This document shows positions 9,736 through 20,292 of a stretch of 64,000 nucleotides of DNA, one piece after another. Under the pieces are notes generated by a model. It worked only from the letters and a program-made list of their open reading frames with translations. It had not been told where the DNA came from and did no database searches. Made by a program: the position numbers and the translations under genes. Origin of the DNA: an uncultured bacterium (GTDB lineage: Bacteria; Actinomycetota; Acidimicrobiia; Spongiisociales; UBA5794); assembly GCA_963801165.1 (NCBI GenBank), contig CAWDDT010000004.1, forward strand, positions 544,001 to 608,000. The letters run 5' to 3'. Each line of letters begins with the position of its first letter. Within the stretch, counting starts at the first letter, position 1.

Positions 9736-12700
9736 GTGGTTGCTGCACTCGAAGCCCTTGTTGCCGCCTGGCCACAGTCGCTGGTTCCCAAGGCAAGCGG
9801 CCGTCTCGTCGTACCCCCGGGTCTTCGCGCCCTGAGCCTGGCGGGGATGGCGGCGCATGTCGACCGGCCCATACTCGCGGTGGTGCCGGGAGAGCGGACC
9901 GCAGAAGAGCTATTCGACGACGTGGCGCTCTTCACCGAGTCCGCCTGGCAGCTACCTGCCTGGGGCACTCTTCCTTTCGAGCACGTCTCGCCGAATCAGA
10001 TCACGATGGCGCACCGCGCCGAGGCGCTGTACCGGCTCCAGCACGGAGCGCCGGGAACCATCGTCGTTGCCTCGGTGCGTGCCGCCGTCCAACGGCTCAG
10101 CCCTTCCCCGGTCGATCCGATAGTGGTCACCGCCGGCGCCGATCACGGATTCGAGCGACTCGTTGCCGAGCTGACCGTGCACGGTTACCACCGCACGGAC
10201 CGGGTCGAGGCGCGGGGTGAATATGCGATCCGCGGTGGCATCGTCGATGTCTTTCCCGCCCAGGCAGATGAACCGTTTCGGATCGAGTTCTGGGGCGACG
10301 AGATCGACGAGATACGCAGCTTCGCCATCGGGTCGCAACGGTCGACCGCCTCGGCCCAATCGATCGAGGTGTTCCCGGCCCGGGAGCTGCGTCCCGACCC
10401 CGGCGTGCGCAAGACCGCGGAACAGCTCCTGAAGGACCATCCGTGGGCCGCCGGGACGTGGGAGCGAATAGCCGCAGGGATCACGTTCCAGGGAATGGAG
10501 TCCTGGTTACCCTGGTTCGCCCCGGACATTTCCGCTTTGGATCAAGGGATCGAGTGTCACACGGTCGTGTTCGATCCGGTTCAGTCCCGGGCGCGCAGCG
10601 AGGAGCTGCGCAAGGAAGAGTCCGACCTGGCGGCAGCCCTGGCACCGACGTGGGGGAGCGGTGCCCCGGACGCGGAAGACCACCCCATGCTGTTCCTTGC
10701 GATGCGGGACGGCGACGTCGTGGAGGCGCCTCCGATCGCCACCGGGCCGGGAGATGACGCAGTGGAGGTGCGCGGTCTCGACGCCGTTGCCGGCGACGCA
10801 GAGTCGGTGGCCTCTGCCCTTCGTCACTGGCAGGAGCGGGGGGTCGACATCATCGTCGCCATGGATGGGGCAGGAGCCGCACAACGGGTCTCCCGTCTGC
10901 TCGCCGAGGCGGGTCACGCGATGCCGGTCCGCGATCATCTCGACAAGATCGAGTCGGTGGTCATCGGCGAGGGGATCCATCACGGGTTCGTGTCGCCCCG
11001 GCTCGGTATCGGCATCGTGGGAGAGCGTGAGATAGCCGGGCGGCGCCGGGCCCACCGTCGCAGTCGCCGCACCGGTGGCGAGGACGTCGGTGAGGCGTAC
11101 CGCGACCTGAGTTCCGGCGACTTTGTCGTCCACCATCACCACGGCATCGCCAAGTTCGAGGGGCTGGTTCATCGCGAGATCGCAGGTGTGGAGCGCGATT
11201 ACCTGCTGATACGGTTTCACGGCGAGGACCGGATCTACGTGCCGACCGATCAGCTGTCGGCGGTGGTGCGCTACACGGGCGGGGAGACGCCGCGGTTGTC
11301 CCGGATGGGCGGCGCCGACTGGGAGAAGACCAGGACCAAGGTGCGCAAGGCGGTTGCGGTGGTGGCCGAGGCGGTGGTTGACCTCCACAGGAAGCGAGCG
11401 GCGGCAAGCGGGCATGCCTTCGCTCCCGACACCCCGTGGCAGAGCGAATTCGAATCGGCGTTTCCGTACGAAGAAACCCGCGACCAGGTGACAGCGATCG
11501 CCGATGTCAAGACCGACATGGAAGCCGAGGCGCCGATGGATCGGTTGATCTTCGGCGATGTCGGTTTCGGCAAGACAGAGGTCGCTCTGCGGGCCGCGTT
11601 CAAGGCGGTGCAGAGCGGCAAACAGGTAGCCATGCTCGTGCCGACGACACTTCTGGCCCAGCAGCACTCTGCCACGTTCGAGGACAGGTTTGCTCCCTAC
11701 CCGATCCAGGTAGCTTCGCTCAGCCGCTTTCTCACCTCCGCCGAGCAGCGTCAGGTCGTCGAAGGCCTCTCCCTCGGCACGATCGACGTTGTCATCGGCA
11801 CTCACCGGCTCCTCTCGGAGGACGTAGCGTTCAAGGACCTCGGTCTGTTGATCATCGACGAGGAGCAGCGCTTCGGCGTTGTCGCCAAGGACAAGCTCAA
11901 GGCCCTGCGCACCTCCATCGACGTCCTCACCTTGACCGCCACACCCATCCCGCGCACCCTCGAGATGGCGCTTACCGGGATCCGTGAGGTCAGCCACATC
12001 CGGACGGCTCCCGAGGATCGTCACCCCATCCTCACCTACGTCGGTCCATACGACGAGCGGGCCATCTCGGCGGCCATCCGGCGCGAGATGCTGCGTGAGG
12101 GTCAGGTGTTCTACGTGCACAACCGGGTCCAGTCGATTGACCACGCCGTCGCCAGGCTCAAGGAACTCGTCCCCGATGCCCGTTACGCCGTTGCTCACGG
12201 ACAGATGAGCGAAAGCACGCTCGAGCAGGTCATGTTCGATTTCTGGAACGGTGACTATGACGTCCTGGTGGCCACGACCATCATCGAGTCGGGTCTCGAC
12301 CTCCCGCAGGTGAACACCTTGCTAGTGGAGCGAGCGGACCGGCTTGGTCTCGCCCAGCTCTACCAGCTGCGGGGTAGGGTCGGGCGCTCTAGCCAGCGCG
12401 CCTACGCATACCTGTTCCACCCCCGGGATCAGACGCTCACCGAACCCGCCTACCGCCGGCTGGAGGCAATCGGCGAGTACTCCGACCTGGGCTCCGGTTT
12501 CGAGCTGGCGATGCGCGACCTCGAGATCCGGGGAGCCGGGTCGATACTCGGCGAGACTCAGGCGGGCCACATCGCCGCGGTTGGGTTCGACCTCTACGTC
12601 GAGCTCGTCTCCGATGCCGTCAACGAGCTCAAGGGCGAGCTGTTGCCGGAGCGACCTCCCGAGATCCGGATCGACGTCCCCGTCGATGCGCATCTCCCCG

Positions 12701-13086
12701 ATGGGTACGTCGACAGCGCCGCCGAGCGTCTCGAGGCATACCGACGTTTGGCGGCCGCCGTCACCGAGCCGCAGGTAGCCGACGTCGCGGCCGAGTGGCG
12801 GGACCGGTTCGGCGAATTGCCACCGGAGGCATTGGCGCTCATCGATGTCGCCCTGCTCCGGGTCGAGGCGCTGCGGGTCGGGTTGACCGAGATTGTCAAG
12901 GTGCGCAACGAGGTCCGTCTCGGCCCGGTTTCTCTGCGAGCGTCGCAGGAAGTGCGTCTCAACCGGACGGCGCCCCGGTCGGTCGTACGGGGCCATATCG
13001 TGTTCCTGCCTGCCCCGCGCCGCGACCTGGTGCAGTTCTTGATCGAATTCGTTCGTAAGATGTGGCCACCAGAACAGGAGAGCTGA
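9736..13086 (+). CDS. mfd: Transcription-repair coupling factor
   Basis: GDVGFGKT, DEEQRFG, TATPIPRTL, QLRGRVGRS, RDLEIRGAG, C-terminal TRCF domain. Confidence 0.97.
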   Translation: MVAALEALVAAWPQSLVPKASGRLVVPPGLRALSLAGMAAHVDRPILAVVPGERTAEELFDDVALFTESAWQLPAWGTLPFEHVSPNQITMAHRAEALYRLQHGAPGTIVVASVRAAVQRLSPSPVDPIVVTAGADHGFERLVAELTVHGYHRTDRVEARGEYAIRGGIVDVFPAQADEPFRIEFWGDEIDEIRSFAIGSQRSTASAQSIEVFPARELRPDPGVRKTAEQLLKDHPWAAGTWERIAAGITFQGMESWLPWFAPDISALDQGIECHTVVFDPVQSRARSEELRKEESDLAAALAPTWGSGAPDAEDHPMLFLAMRDGDVVEAPPIATGPGDDAVEVRGLDAVAGDAESVASALRHWQERGVDIIVAMDGAGAAQRVSRLLAEAGHAMPVRDHLDKIESVVIGEGIHHGFVSPRLGIGIVGEREIAGRRRAHRRSRRTGGEDVGEAYRDLSSGDFVVHHHHGIAKFEGLVHREIAGVERDYLLIRFHGEDRIYVPTDQLSAVVRYTGGETPRLSRMGGADWEKTRTKVRKAVAVVAEAVVDLHRKRAAASGHAFAPDTPWQSEFESAFPYEETRDQVTAIADVKTDMEAEAPMDRLIFGDVGFGKTEVALRAAFKAVQSGKQVAMLVPTTLLAQQHSATFEDRFAPYPIQVASLSRFLTSAEQRQVVEGLSLGTIDVVIGTHRLLSEDVAFKDLGLLIIDEEQRFGVVAKDKLKALRTSIDVLTLTATPIPRTLEMALTGIREVSHIRTAPEDRHPILTYVGPYDERAISAAIRREMLREGQVFYVHNRVQSIDHAVARLKELVPDARYAVAHGQMSESTLEQVMFDFWNGDYDVLVATTIIESGLDLPQVNTLLVERADRLGLAQLYQLRGRVGRSSQRAYAYLFHPRDQTLTEPAYRRLEAIGEYSDLGSGFELAMRDLEIRGAGSILGETQAGHIAAVGFDLYVELVSDAVNELKGELLPERPPEIRIDVPVDAHLPDGYVDSAAERLEAYRRLAAAVTEPQVADVAAEWRDRFGELPPEALALIDVALLRVEALRVGLTEIVKVRNEVRLGPVSLRASQEVRLNRTAPRSVVRGHIVFLPAPRRDLVQFLIEFVRKMWPPEQES

Positions 13087-13997
13087 TGTTCCGCCGTGCA
13101 CTCATCGTCCTTGCCGTCGCGCTGCTCGCCGCCTCGTGCTCCTCGAACGACACGCTGGCGACGGTCAACGGGGTGGCTATCAGCAAGGGCGATCTGATCG
13201 CGCTCGACCCGGCGTATGAGGAGCCATTGGGTGTTGTCACCGGGGAGACTCTGCGCCAGAACGTGGCCGACCTGATCATTCTGGAGATCACCAAGCAGAC
13301 GGCCGAGGCCAAGTACGGGGTGACCATCGACAGCGCCACCATTGCCGACCGGCTGGCGAACCCGCCCGATCGCTGGGTAAACATGCTGACGGTTTCTGGT
13401 GAGACCCCGGCGGCCCTGCAGAATCGGGCGATCTCGACCCTCGTCGTCGATGGGGTCTCCCCACAGCTCATTGCCAGCCAGTACGACGGCTGGGCGGGAG
13501 TGCTTGAGCAACGGCCCGACCTGGTCTCAATGGAATGTGTGAGGCATATCAACGTCGCTACCGAAGACGAGGCCAACGATGTGCTCACCCGGTTGCAGAA
13601 CGGAGAGGACTTCATCGATCTGGTCGGTGAGCTGTCGCTCGACCAGACGTCTGTGGACGGGCTGCTGGTCCCATCAGGCAGTACCTGTCCCAACGCCTTC
13701 TCCTCGGCGCCCGAAGAGCTGGCTATCGCAGCCGCCACCGCGGAGCTGAACGTACCGGTGGGGCCGATCGCGTTGAATGGCGGGTATAGCATCATTCGCG
13801 TGGAGGATCGGGTCATGCCGGTGTCCGCCGACGAGCTCGCTGCCGACCCGATGAAGTATCTCGACCTGGCGGCGGCCAGGGACGCCTACCTCACCTGGGC
13901 ATCCGACGAGGTGCGCGCCGCCAACGTGAGCGTCACTCCGGAGCTGGGTACCTGGTCGGCTGTCGGGTTCGGCATCTCACCCCCAGGCGGCGAGTGA
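13086..13997 (+). CDS. PrsA/SurA-like parvulin foldase lipoprotein
   Basis: Lipobox LLAASC, ATVNGVAI, rotamase-like CVRHINVATEDEANDVLTRLQNGEDFIDLVGELSLD. Typical position after mfd. Confidence 0.75.
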   Translation: MFRRALIVLAVALLAASCSSNDTLATVNGVAISKGDLIALDPAYEEPLGVVTGETLRQNVADLIILEITKQTAEAKYGVTIDSATIADRLANPPDRWVNMLTVSGETPAALQNRAISTLVVDGVSPQLIASQYDGWAGVLEQRPDLVSMECVRHINVATEDEANDVLTRLQNGEDFIDLVGELSLDQTSVDGLLVPSGSTCPNAFSSAPEELAIAAATAELNVPVGPIALNGGYSIIRVEDRVMPVSADELAADPMKYLDLAAARDAYLTWASDEVRAANVSVTPELGTWSAVGFGISPPGGE

Positions 13998-15454
13998 GCG
14001 CTTCGCTGACCGTCGTCGGGCTGGGGCCCGCAGGACTCGACCGGCTGTCGCAGCAGGCGACCCGGGTGGTCATGGATCCGGGTCGGGCGGTGATCGTACG
14101 AACCGGGCGGCACCCGGCCGCGACCGAGCTCGGCGTGGCCAGACCGATCGAGACCTGTGACGATCTGTATGACGTGGGCGGCGATTTCGATGAGGTCTAT
14201 CGTGCCATCGCCGACAGGGTGGTGAGCAGCGCTCGGGCGCAGGCCACCGTGTACGCGGTGCCGGGGAGCGCCGTGGTCGGAGAGCGGACCGTTGCCGGTA
14301 TCCGGGAACAGGCCACCGCGGCGGGCATCGAAGTGGAGATCATTCCCGGCGAGTCATTCCTCGACCTCGTGTACCTGGCCGCAGGAATCGACCCCATCGT
14401 GAGGGCGGTCAAGATCCTCGACGGAAGGGACCTGCCCGACCCGCTGGTCTTCGACAGCGCGCTCATCATCACCCAGGTGGATCGTCCCGAGGTACTTGCC
14501 GACGTTGCAGCCGAGCTCGGGCGAGTGCTCGAGGACGCGACGCCCGTCCTCGTGCTCGACCGTCTCGGCGATGCCGACGAGGATGTCCTAGCGACGGACC
14601 TCGCCGGTCTCGTCGCCTTCCGGCCGGGCCCCCGCACCACCATCTTCCTCGACCCCGACCCGGCGGGGTGGTACGGGCTCGTTGTGACCAACCGCATCCT
14701 CAGACAGGAATGCCCGTGGGATCGCAAGCAGACCCATCACAGCCTGGTCAGCCATCTGATCGAGGAAGCCTACGAAACGGTCGACTCTCTCCGGTCCCTG
14801 CCCGCGGCGGCGCCCGGCGGCGACCCGGATTACGGCGCCTATGCCGAGGTCGAAGAAGAACTAGGTGATCTCCTGTTGCAGGTGGTTTTCCACGCCACTC
14901 TCGCCCGCGAGGTTGGCGCCTTCGATGTCGAGGAGGTGGCTGAAGTAACCAGACGAAAGCTGGTGCGTCGCCATCCCCACGTCTTCGGTGACGTGGTTGC
15001 GGAGGATTCCGAAACCGTGATCGCTAACTGGGAGGCCATCAAGGGGGAAGAGAAGAGACGCGAGTCGATCATGGACGACATCCCGACGGGGATGCCGGCA
15101 GTGGTGCGTGCCGACAAGATGCAGCGCCGGGCGCGATCCGTTGGTTTTGATTGGTCCGAGCCGGCTCCGGTCTTTGCCAAGCTACGTGAGGAGCTCGACG
15201 AGTTGGCGGCTGAGTCCGATGATCCGGTGCGAGCGACTGAGGAGTTCGGCGATCTCCTGTTTGCGGCCGTCAACCTCTCCCGACATCTCGGTGTCGATCC
15301 CGAGATTGCCCTCGCCGGTGCCAACGATCGATTCAGCGCCCGGCTCCGGCACATGGAGGCGACCGCGGCAGCAGCCGGCAAGTCGCTCGCCGCCTTCACT
15401 CTCGACGAGCTCGACGGGCTGTGGAATAGGGCCAAGGAGGCACTCCGCAACTGA
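13994..15454 (+). CDS. mazG: YabN-type tetrapyrrole methylase-like/MazG nucleoside triphosphate pyrophosphohydrolase
   Basis: N-terminal VVGLGPAG methylase-like domain. CPWDRKQTH, EELGDLLLQVVFHA, EEFGDLLFA. Confidence 0.92.
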   Translation: MSASLTVVGLGPAGLDRLSQQATRVVMDPGRAVIVRTGRHPAATELGVARPIETCDDLYDVGGDFDEVYRAIADRVVSSARAQATVYAVPGSAVVGERTVAGIREQATAAGIEVEIIPGESFLDLVYLAAGIDPIVRAVKILDGRDLPDPLVFDSALIITQVDRPEVLADVAAELGRVLEDATPVLVLDRLGDADEDVLATDLAGLVAFRPGPRTTIFLDPDPAGWYGLVVTNRILRQECPWDRKQTHHSLVSHLIEEAYETVDSLRSLPAAAPGGDPDYGAYAEVEEELGDLLLQVVFHATLAREVGAFDVEEVAEVTRRKLVRRHPHVFGDVVAEDSETVIANWEAIKGEEKRRESIMDDIPTGMPAVVRADKMQRRARSVGFDWSEPAPVFAKLREELDELAAESDDPVRATEEFGDLLFAAVNLSRHLGVDPEIALAGANDRFSARLRHMEATAAAAGKSLAAFTLDELDGLWNRAKEALRN

Positions 15455-15540
15455 GCGGGGTTGCCGGAAGTTGCAGTGCGAATTCCCGGGTCTAACCTCG
15501 GGGGCGTGGTAAATTCGGGCGCATAGAGAGGGCCCTATTC

Positions 15541-16809
15541 ATGACGACAATCACACGAGTATGGGCCCGCGAGGTCCTGGACTCCAGGGGTAACCCGACG
15601 GTTGAGGCCGAAGTAACGCTTGCTGGCGGTGGCTTTGGCCGAGCACTGGTTCCCTCGGGAGCATCGACAGGGGCACTCGAAGCCAACGAGCTTCGGGACG
15701 GCGGCGACCGCTTTGGCGGGAAGGGCGTGTTGCGGGCCGTCGACAACGTCAACAACACCATCGCTCCTGAGGTGATCGGTCTCGATGCAACGCGCCAGGA
15801 GCTGATCGACCAGCTCATGCTCGATCTGGACGGCACCCCCAACAAGGAGAAGCTGGGGGCAAACGCCATCCTGTCGGTGTCCCTGGCAACGGCGCGTGCC
15901 GCCGCAGCAGGGCTCAACATTCCCCTGTTCCGCTATCTCGGCGGGACGGCAGGTCGTGTGCTTCCCGTGCCTTGCTTCAACGTTCTCAACGGCGGAGTGC
16001 ACGCGGCGAACTCGGTCGACATCCAGGAGTTCATGCTCGTTCCCGGTGGTCTTCCCAGCTACAAAGAGGCAATGCGCGCCGGTGTGGAGACATATCACGC
16101 GCTGAAGAAGGTTCTCGCCGGGCGCGGTCTCACCACGAACGTCGGCGACGAGGGTGGTTTCGCTCCCAACCTGCCTGCCGACCGGTCGGCGCTCGAGCTG
16201 CTGTCGGAAGCGGTACAAGCTGCGGGCTACAAGCTGGGAGAGGACATCTCATTCGCCATCGATGTAGCCGCCTCGGAGTTGTATCGCGCCGGCCGGTACG
16301 AGATCGACGGGCGCCAGCTCACCTCAGAGGAGATGGTCGACTACCTGGCCGAGCTCATCGAAGAGTTCCCGGTGGTGTCGCTCGAAGACGGTCTTGCCGA
16401 AGACGACTGGGACGGGTGGAAGATCCTCACCGAGCGGCTCGCCGGCAAGATCCAGATCGTCGGCGACGACATCTTCGTCACCAACATCGAGCTGGTGAAG
16501 CGCGCCATCGATCAGAAGGTCGCCAACGCAGTCCTCATCAAGGTCAACCAGATCGGCACGCTCTCCGAGACGCTTCACACCATGGAGCTCGGTGTCGCCA
16601 ACAAATACGGCATGATGATCTCCCACCGGTCGGGGGAGACCGAGGACTCGTTCATCTCTCACCTGGCGGTGGCTACCAACGCCGGTCAGATCAAGACGGG
16701 GGCGCCGGCCCGTGGCGAGCGGACCGCCAAGTACAACCAGTTGCTCCGAATCGAGGAGAGGCTCGGGTCGGAAGCGCGGTTCGCCGGTTGGCAGACCTTC
16801 AAGCGATAG
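15541..16809 (+). CDS. eno: Enolase
   Basis: [45 protein letters not shown]. Confidence 0.98.
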   Translation: MTTITRVWAREVLDSRGNPTVEAEVTLAGGGFGRALVPSGASTGALEANELRDGGDRFGGKGVLRAVDNVNNTIAPEVIGLDATRQELIDQLMLDLDGTPNKEKLGANAILSVSLATARAAAAGLNIPLFRYLGGTAGRVLPVPCFNVLNGGVHAANSVDIQEFMLVPGGLPSYKEAMRAGVETYHALKKVLAGRGLTTNVGDEGGFAPNLPADRSALELLSEAVQAAGYKLGEDISFAIDVAASELYRAGRYEIDGRQLTSEEMVDYLAELIEEFPVVSLEDGLAEDDWDGWKILTERLAGKIQIVGDDIFVTNIELVKRAIDQKVANAVLIKVNQIGTLSETLHTMELGVANKYGMMISHRSGETEDSFISHLAVATNAGQIKTGAPARGERTAKYNQLLRIEERLGSEARFAGWQTFKR

Positions 16810-16816
16810 GACGACC

Positions 16817-17236
16817 ATGACGACAGTGGACACACCGGTGGTGCAGGAGGCGAGCGGCGGGAAACGAGGCGCATTGCTCGCCGTAATCCTGCTCGTCGGT
16901 CTCGCCATCGTGCTCGCCGGTGTGTTCCCTTTCCGTCAGCTCATTGCCCAGCAGCGCCTTGTCGCCAACACCCAGACGAAGCTGGATGCGTTGGTGGCCG
17001 AGAACGAGCACCTCCAGGGCCAGATCGACGCAGTGCAGACCCCGGCCGAGTTGGAGAGGATCGCCAGAGAGCAGTACGGCATGGCGCGACCAGGCGAGAC
17101 GACCTATGTCGTGGAGCTCGAGGGGGGTCCGACCTCCGACGGCATTGCCACCGTTGAACCCGTCCTCGACTCTAGATCACCGCTCCAACGCTTCTGGGAC
17201 TTCCTGACCGGGCGCGATCTCGTTCCGGATGGATGA
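16817..17236 (+). CDS. ftsB: Septum formation initiator FtsB/DivIC family
   Basis: TM helix, coiled coil and ERIAREQYGMARPGE. Directly after eno. Confidence 0.85.
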   Translation: MTTVDTPVVQEASGGKRGALLAVILLVGLAIVLAGVFPFRQLIAQQRLVANTQTKLDALVAENEHLQGQIDAVQTPAELERIAREQYGMARPGETTYVVELEGGPTSDGIATVEPVLDSRSPLQRFWDFLTGRDLVPDG

Positions 17237-17750
17237 TCGACAAATAGTCGCCGTCCAGATCGAGAGAGAGCCGCGATCGCCCGTTGATGTCGTGGTTCGT
17301 TGTCCCCTCGGTCTACCCGTCGTCATCAAGGTTCCCCCGCATCTCGACGACGGGACACCGTTCCCCACTACCTACTGGCTGACATGCCCGCTGGCCGATC
17401 TCCGGATCGGGCGTCTCGAGGGTGGCGGCGGGGTCAAGGAGGCCGAGGCGCGCATCGAACGCGATTCCGATTTCCAAGCGGCTTATGTGCAGGCGATGGA
17501 GCGATACGCTGCGGACCGCGATGCCCTGGTGGCGCCGTATGCCCCTGCGCACAGACCGACCGGTGGCGTCGGCGGCTCCCGAGGCGGGGTCAAGTGTCTC
17601 CACGCCCATTACGCCGACCACGCGGCAGGAAACCAGAACCCGGTGGGGGCAATGACCGCGGGGGGCGTCGAGCCGTTGGACTGTGTCGTCGAATGCGTCG
17701 TGGAGATCGAGTTCGTCGCCGTCCGCAACCCCAATTGGAGCGAACCGTGA
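17229..17750 (+). CDS. DUF501 domain protein (Rv1025-like)
   Basis: DDGTPFPTTYWLTCP and VKCLHAHYA motifs in the eno-ftsB-DUF501-ppx context. Confidence 0.9.
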   Translation: MDDRQIVAVQIEREPRSPVDVVVRCPLGLPVVIKVPPHLDDGTPFPTTYWLTCPLADLRIGRLEGGGGVKEAEARIERDSDFQAAYVQAMERYAADRDALVAPYAPAHRPTGGVGGSRGGVKCLHAHYADHAAGNQNPVGAMTAGGVEPLDCVVECVVEIEFVAVRNPNWSEP

Positions 17751-18673
17751 GGGTGGCCGCGGTCGACATCGGAACCAACACAGTCCGACTGCTGGTGGCC
17801 GATGCCGTCTCGACCGAAGGCGGGGTCGTGCTGCAACGCACGGAGCGTTACGAGGTCATCACCAAGCTCGGCGAGGGTTTGGATGCAACAGGACGCCTGG
17901 GCCGCGAGCCGATGACCAGGGCTCTCGCCAGCTTGAAACACTACGCCACGATCATGCAAGCTGCTGGTGTCGATGCCGCCGCCGGTGTCGCCACCGCGGC
18001 CACCAGGAGCGCGGCCAATGGAGCAGAGTTTGCCGGCCGGATCGCCGAGGCACTTGGTTTCGCCCCGCGGGTCATCGACGGTGTCGAGGAGGCTCGCCTC
18101 ACATTTCTGGGGGCAACCTCGCATCTCAACATGACGGCTGTCTGCTGTGTGATCGACGTTGGCGGTGGCAGCACCGAGTTCGTTATCGGCCACCAGCATC
18201 CCGAGTATGCGGTGAGTATCGACATCGGATCGGTACGACTCACCGAGAGGATCGGTGCGCTTGGTCTGGCCACACCCGCAGAGATCCGCGACTACGTAGA
18301 TGGGCTCTTTGCGGAGGTCACGCCGCCCGCGGCTCCGACGCTCGTTCTCGGCTGTGGTGGCACGTTCACCACACTTGCGGCCGTCGCCCTTGACAAGGTT
18401 CCTCATGATGTTGAGCGGCGCGATGACATCACGCTCACGAAGGACGCGGTGTCGGGGGTGGTTGACCGTCTGCTGGGTATGAGCGTGGACGAGATATCGA
18501 ATCTCCCCTCGGTTGCTTCCGGGCGGGCGGAGGTGCTGCAGGCAGGCGTCATCTGCGCCGAACGTGCCGTTGTCCGGGTGGGCGCACCATCGATACGGAT
18601 ATCGATAAACGACATTCTCGACGGGGTGGCGATCGAGCTCTGCGCCGCAGCGACCGGTCGGGGCGCTACATGA
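17747..18673 (+). CDS. ppx: Exopolyphosphatase Ppx/GppA family (short form)
   Basis: AAVDIGTNTVRLLV, ATAATRSA, EEARLTF, IDVGGGSTE, IGSVRLTE. Confidence 0.92.
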   Translation: MRVAAVDIGTNTVRLLVADAVSTEGGVVLQRTERYEVITKLGEGLDATGRLGREPMTRALASLKHYATIMQAAGVDAAAGVATAATRSAANGAEFAGRIAEALGFAPRVIDGVEEARLTFLGATSHLNMTAVCCVIDVGGGSTEFVIGHQHPEYAVSIDIGSVRLTERIGALGLATPAEIRDYVDGLFAEVTPPAAPTLVLGCGGTFTTLAAVALDKVPHDVERRDDITLTKDAVSGVVDRLLGMSVDEISNLPSVASGRAEVLQAGVICAERAVVRVGAPSIRISINDILDGVAIELCAAATGRGAT

Positions 18674-20173
18674 CGATAAGCGCATCGCTTGCCATTGATC
18701 CGGGGTCGGTGATCGCTCCGGTCAATCCGCGCCTCTTTCGGATCGTTTGTCGAGCACATGGGTCGCTGCGTCTATACGGGGATCAGCGAGCCCGGTCACC
18801 CTGCCGCCGACGAGGACGGCCTCCGTTCTGACGTGCTCGAGCTCGTTCGTGGGCTCGGCGTCACGATCGTTCGCTATCCGGGTGGCAACTTCGTCTCGGG
18901 ATATCGGTGGGAGGATGGAGTCGGACCAAAGCCGGATCGCCCGACCCGACTCGACACGGCCTGGAGGACGATCGAGCCGAACACATTCGGGCTCGACGAG
19001 TTCGCCAGGTGGGCCGCCCGGGCACAAGTCGACATCATGATGACGCTCAATCTGGGAACCCGTGGCGTGGCGGAGGCACTCGACCTCCTCGAGTATGCCA
19101 ATCACATCTCTGGAACTCAGCTATCCGATCTGCGGAGAAGCCACGGTCGCCAGTCTCCCTACGGTATTCGCACGTGGTGTCTCGGCAACGAGATGGACGG
19201 GCCATGGCAGCTTGGCCACAAGACCGCAGATGAGTATGGACGGCTTGCCGCGGAGACAGCGCGGGCGATGCGGATGCTCAACCCCGATCTCGAGCTCGTG
19301 CTGTGCGGGAGCTCCGCGTCGACCATGCCCACGTTTGGCGACTGGGAGGAGGTGGCCCTCGGCCACGCCTATGAGCTAGTCGACATGATCTCCGCACACG
19401 CCTATTACGACCCTGAGGCGATGAGCGTCGAGAGCTTCCTGGGAAGCGCCGTTGATCTGGATCGATACCTCGGGAAGGTCATAGCGATTGCCGATCGCGT
19501 CGGTGACCGTATCGGTTCGAAGAAGCGCCTGAGTCTGTCCCTCGATGAGTGGAATGTCTGGTACTTCCAGCGCCACATGGAAGAGGGTCCGCCGCCGGGG
19601 TGGCGTGAGGCGCCTCGGATCTCAGAAGACAACTACACCGTTACCGACGCTGTCGTCGTCGGGTCGCTGCTGATGACGTTGTTGCGTCGCTCAGACCGCG
19701 TCGGCATAGCCTGCCTGGCGCAGCTGGTGAACTCACTCGGCGTCATCCGCACCGAGCCAGGCGGTCCGGCGTGGCGCCAGGCCATTTATCACCCGTTTGC
19801 ACTCACGGCGGCCAACTCCGTCGGGTGGGTGCTGGCTACCACCGTCGATGGACCTGGATACGCTACCGGCGAGTATGGCGAAGTACCCGTCATCGACGCC
19901 GTCGTCACACACGACGCTGTGGCGGGGAACCTGTCGATCTTTGCGGTGAATCGGGCAACTACATCGGTTGGGAAGCTGAGAGTCGACCTGGGCGAACTCG
20001 ACGGTTACCAGGTGCGTGAGCATGTCACTGTCGCCGACGACGATCTCGGCGCAGCCAACACCGAGCGCGAGCCGGATCGGGTCGCGCCTCGTCCGGGGAT
20101 TCATGTCCGTGACGGTCGCCAGCTTTGTCTCGAGCTTGCTCCCGCTTCGTGGAGCTTTGCCCGGCTGGCATAG
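18670..20173 (+). CDS. abfA: GH51 alpha-L-arabinofuranosidase with a +1 frameshift near 18736-18739
   Basis: ATG 18670 gives MTISASLAIDPGSVIAPVNPRLF. The conserved GSFVEHMGRCVYTG continues in the +1 frame. RYPGGNF, CLGNEMDGPWQ and DEWNVWY catalytic motifs are present. Confidence 0.85.
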
Positions 20174-20186
20174 CGCGGATTGCTTT

Positions 20187-20216
20187 TTGACACCTCGTTT
20201 TGTGGGCGGTTATCAT
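20187..20216 (+). promoter_or_regulatory. Sigma70-type promoter of the LacI/ABC/GH3 operon
   Basis: TTGACA (20187-92), 18-bp spacer, TATCAT (20211-16). Confidence 0.75.
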
Positions 20217-20217
20217 T

Positions 20218-20253
20218 GAAAACGTTATCGACACCGTTATCGACAACGTTCTC
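20218..20253. promoter_or_regulatory. Three tandem 12-bp LacI-type operator palindromes
   Basis: GAAAACGTTATC, GACACCGTTATC, GACAACGTTCTC. Each approximates GAnAACGTTnTC with the central CG typical of LacI operators and lies directly behind the -10. Confidence 0.7.
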
Positions 20254-20292
20254 GACGGGTCCGGGGACAGGCTTCCCGCCCGATCGACCAAG

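Noticed and set aside
10507-12198. 563-aa minus-strand ORF and similar long antisense ORFs (e.g. 38978..40204, 45160..46311)
   Set aside because: They mirror well-supported plus-strand genes, an expected artefact of high-GC codon usage, and show no motifs.
20200-20292. N-terminal extension of LacI (MWAVIIENVIDTVIDNVLD)
   Set aside because: It overlaps the promoter and operator repeats; the HTH begins at GTG 20293.
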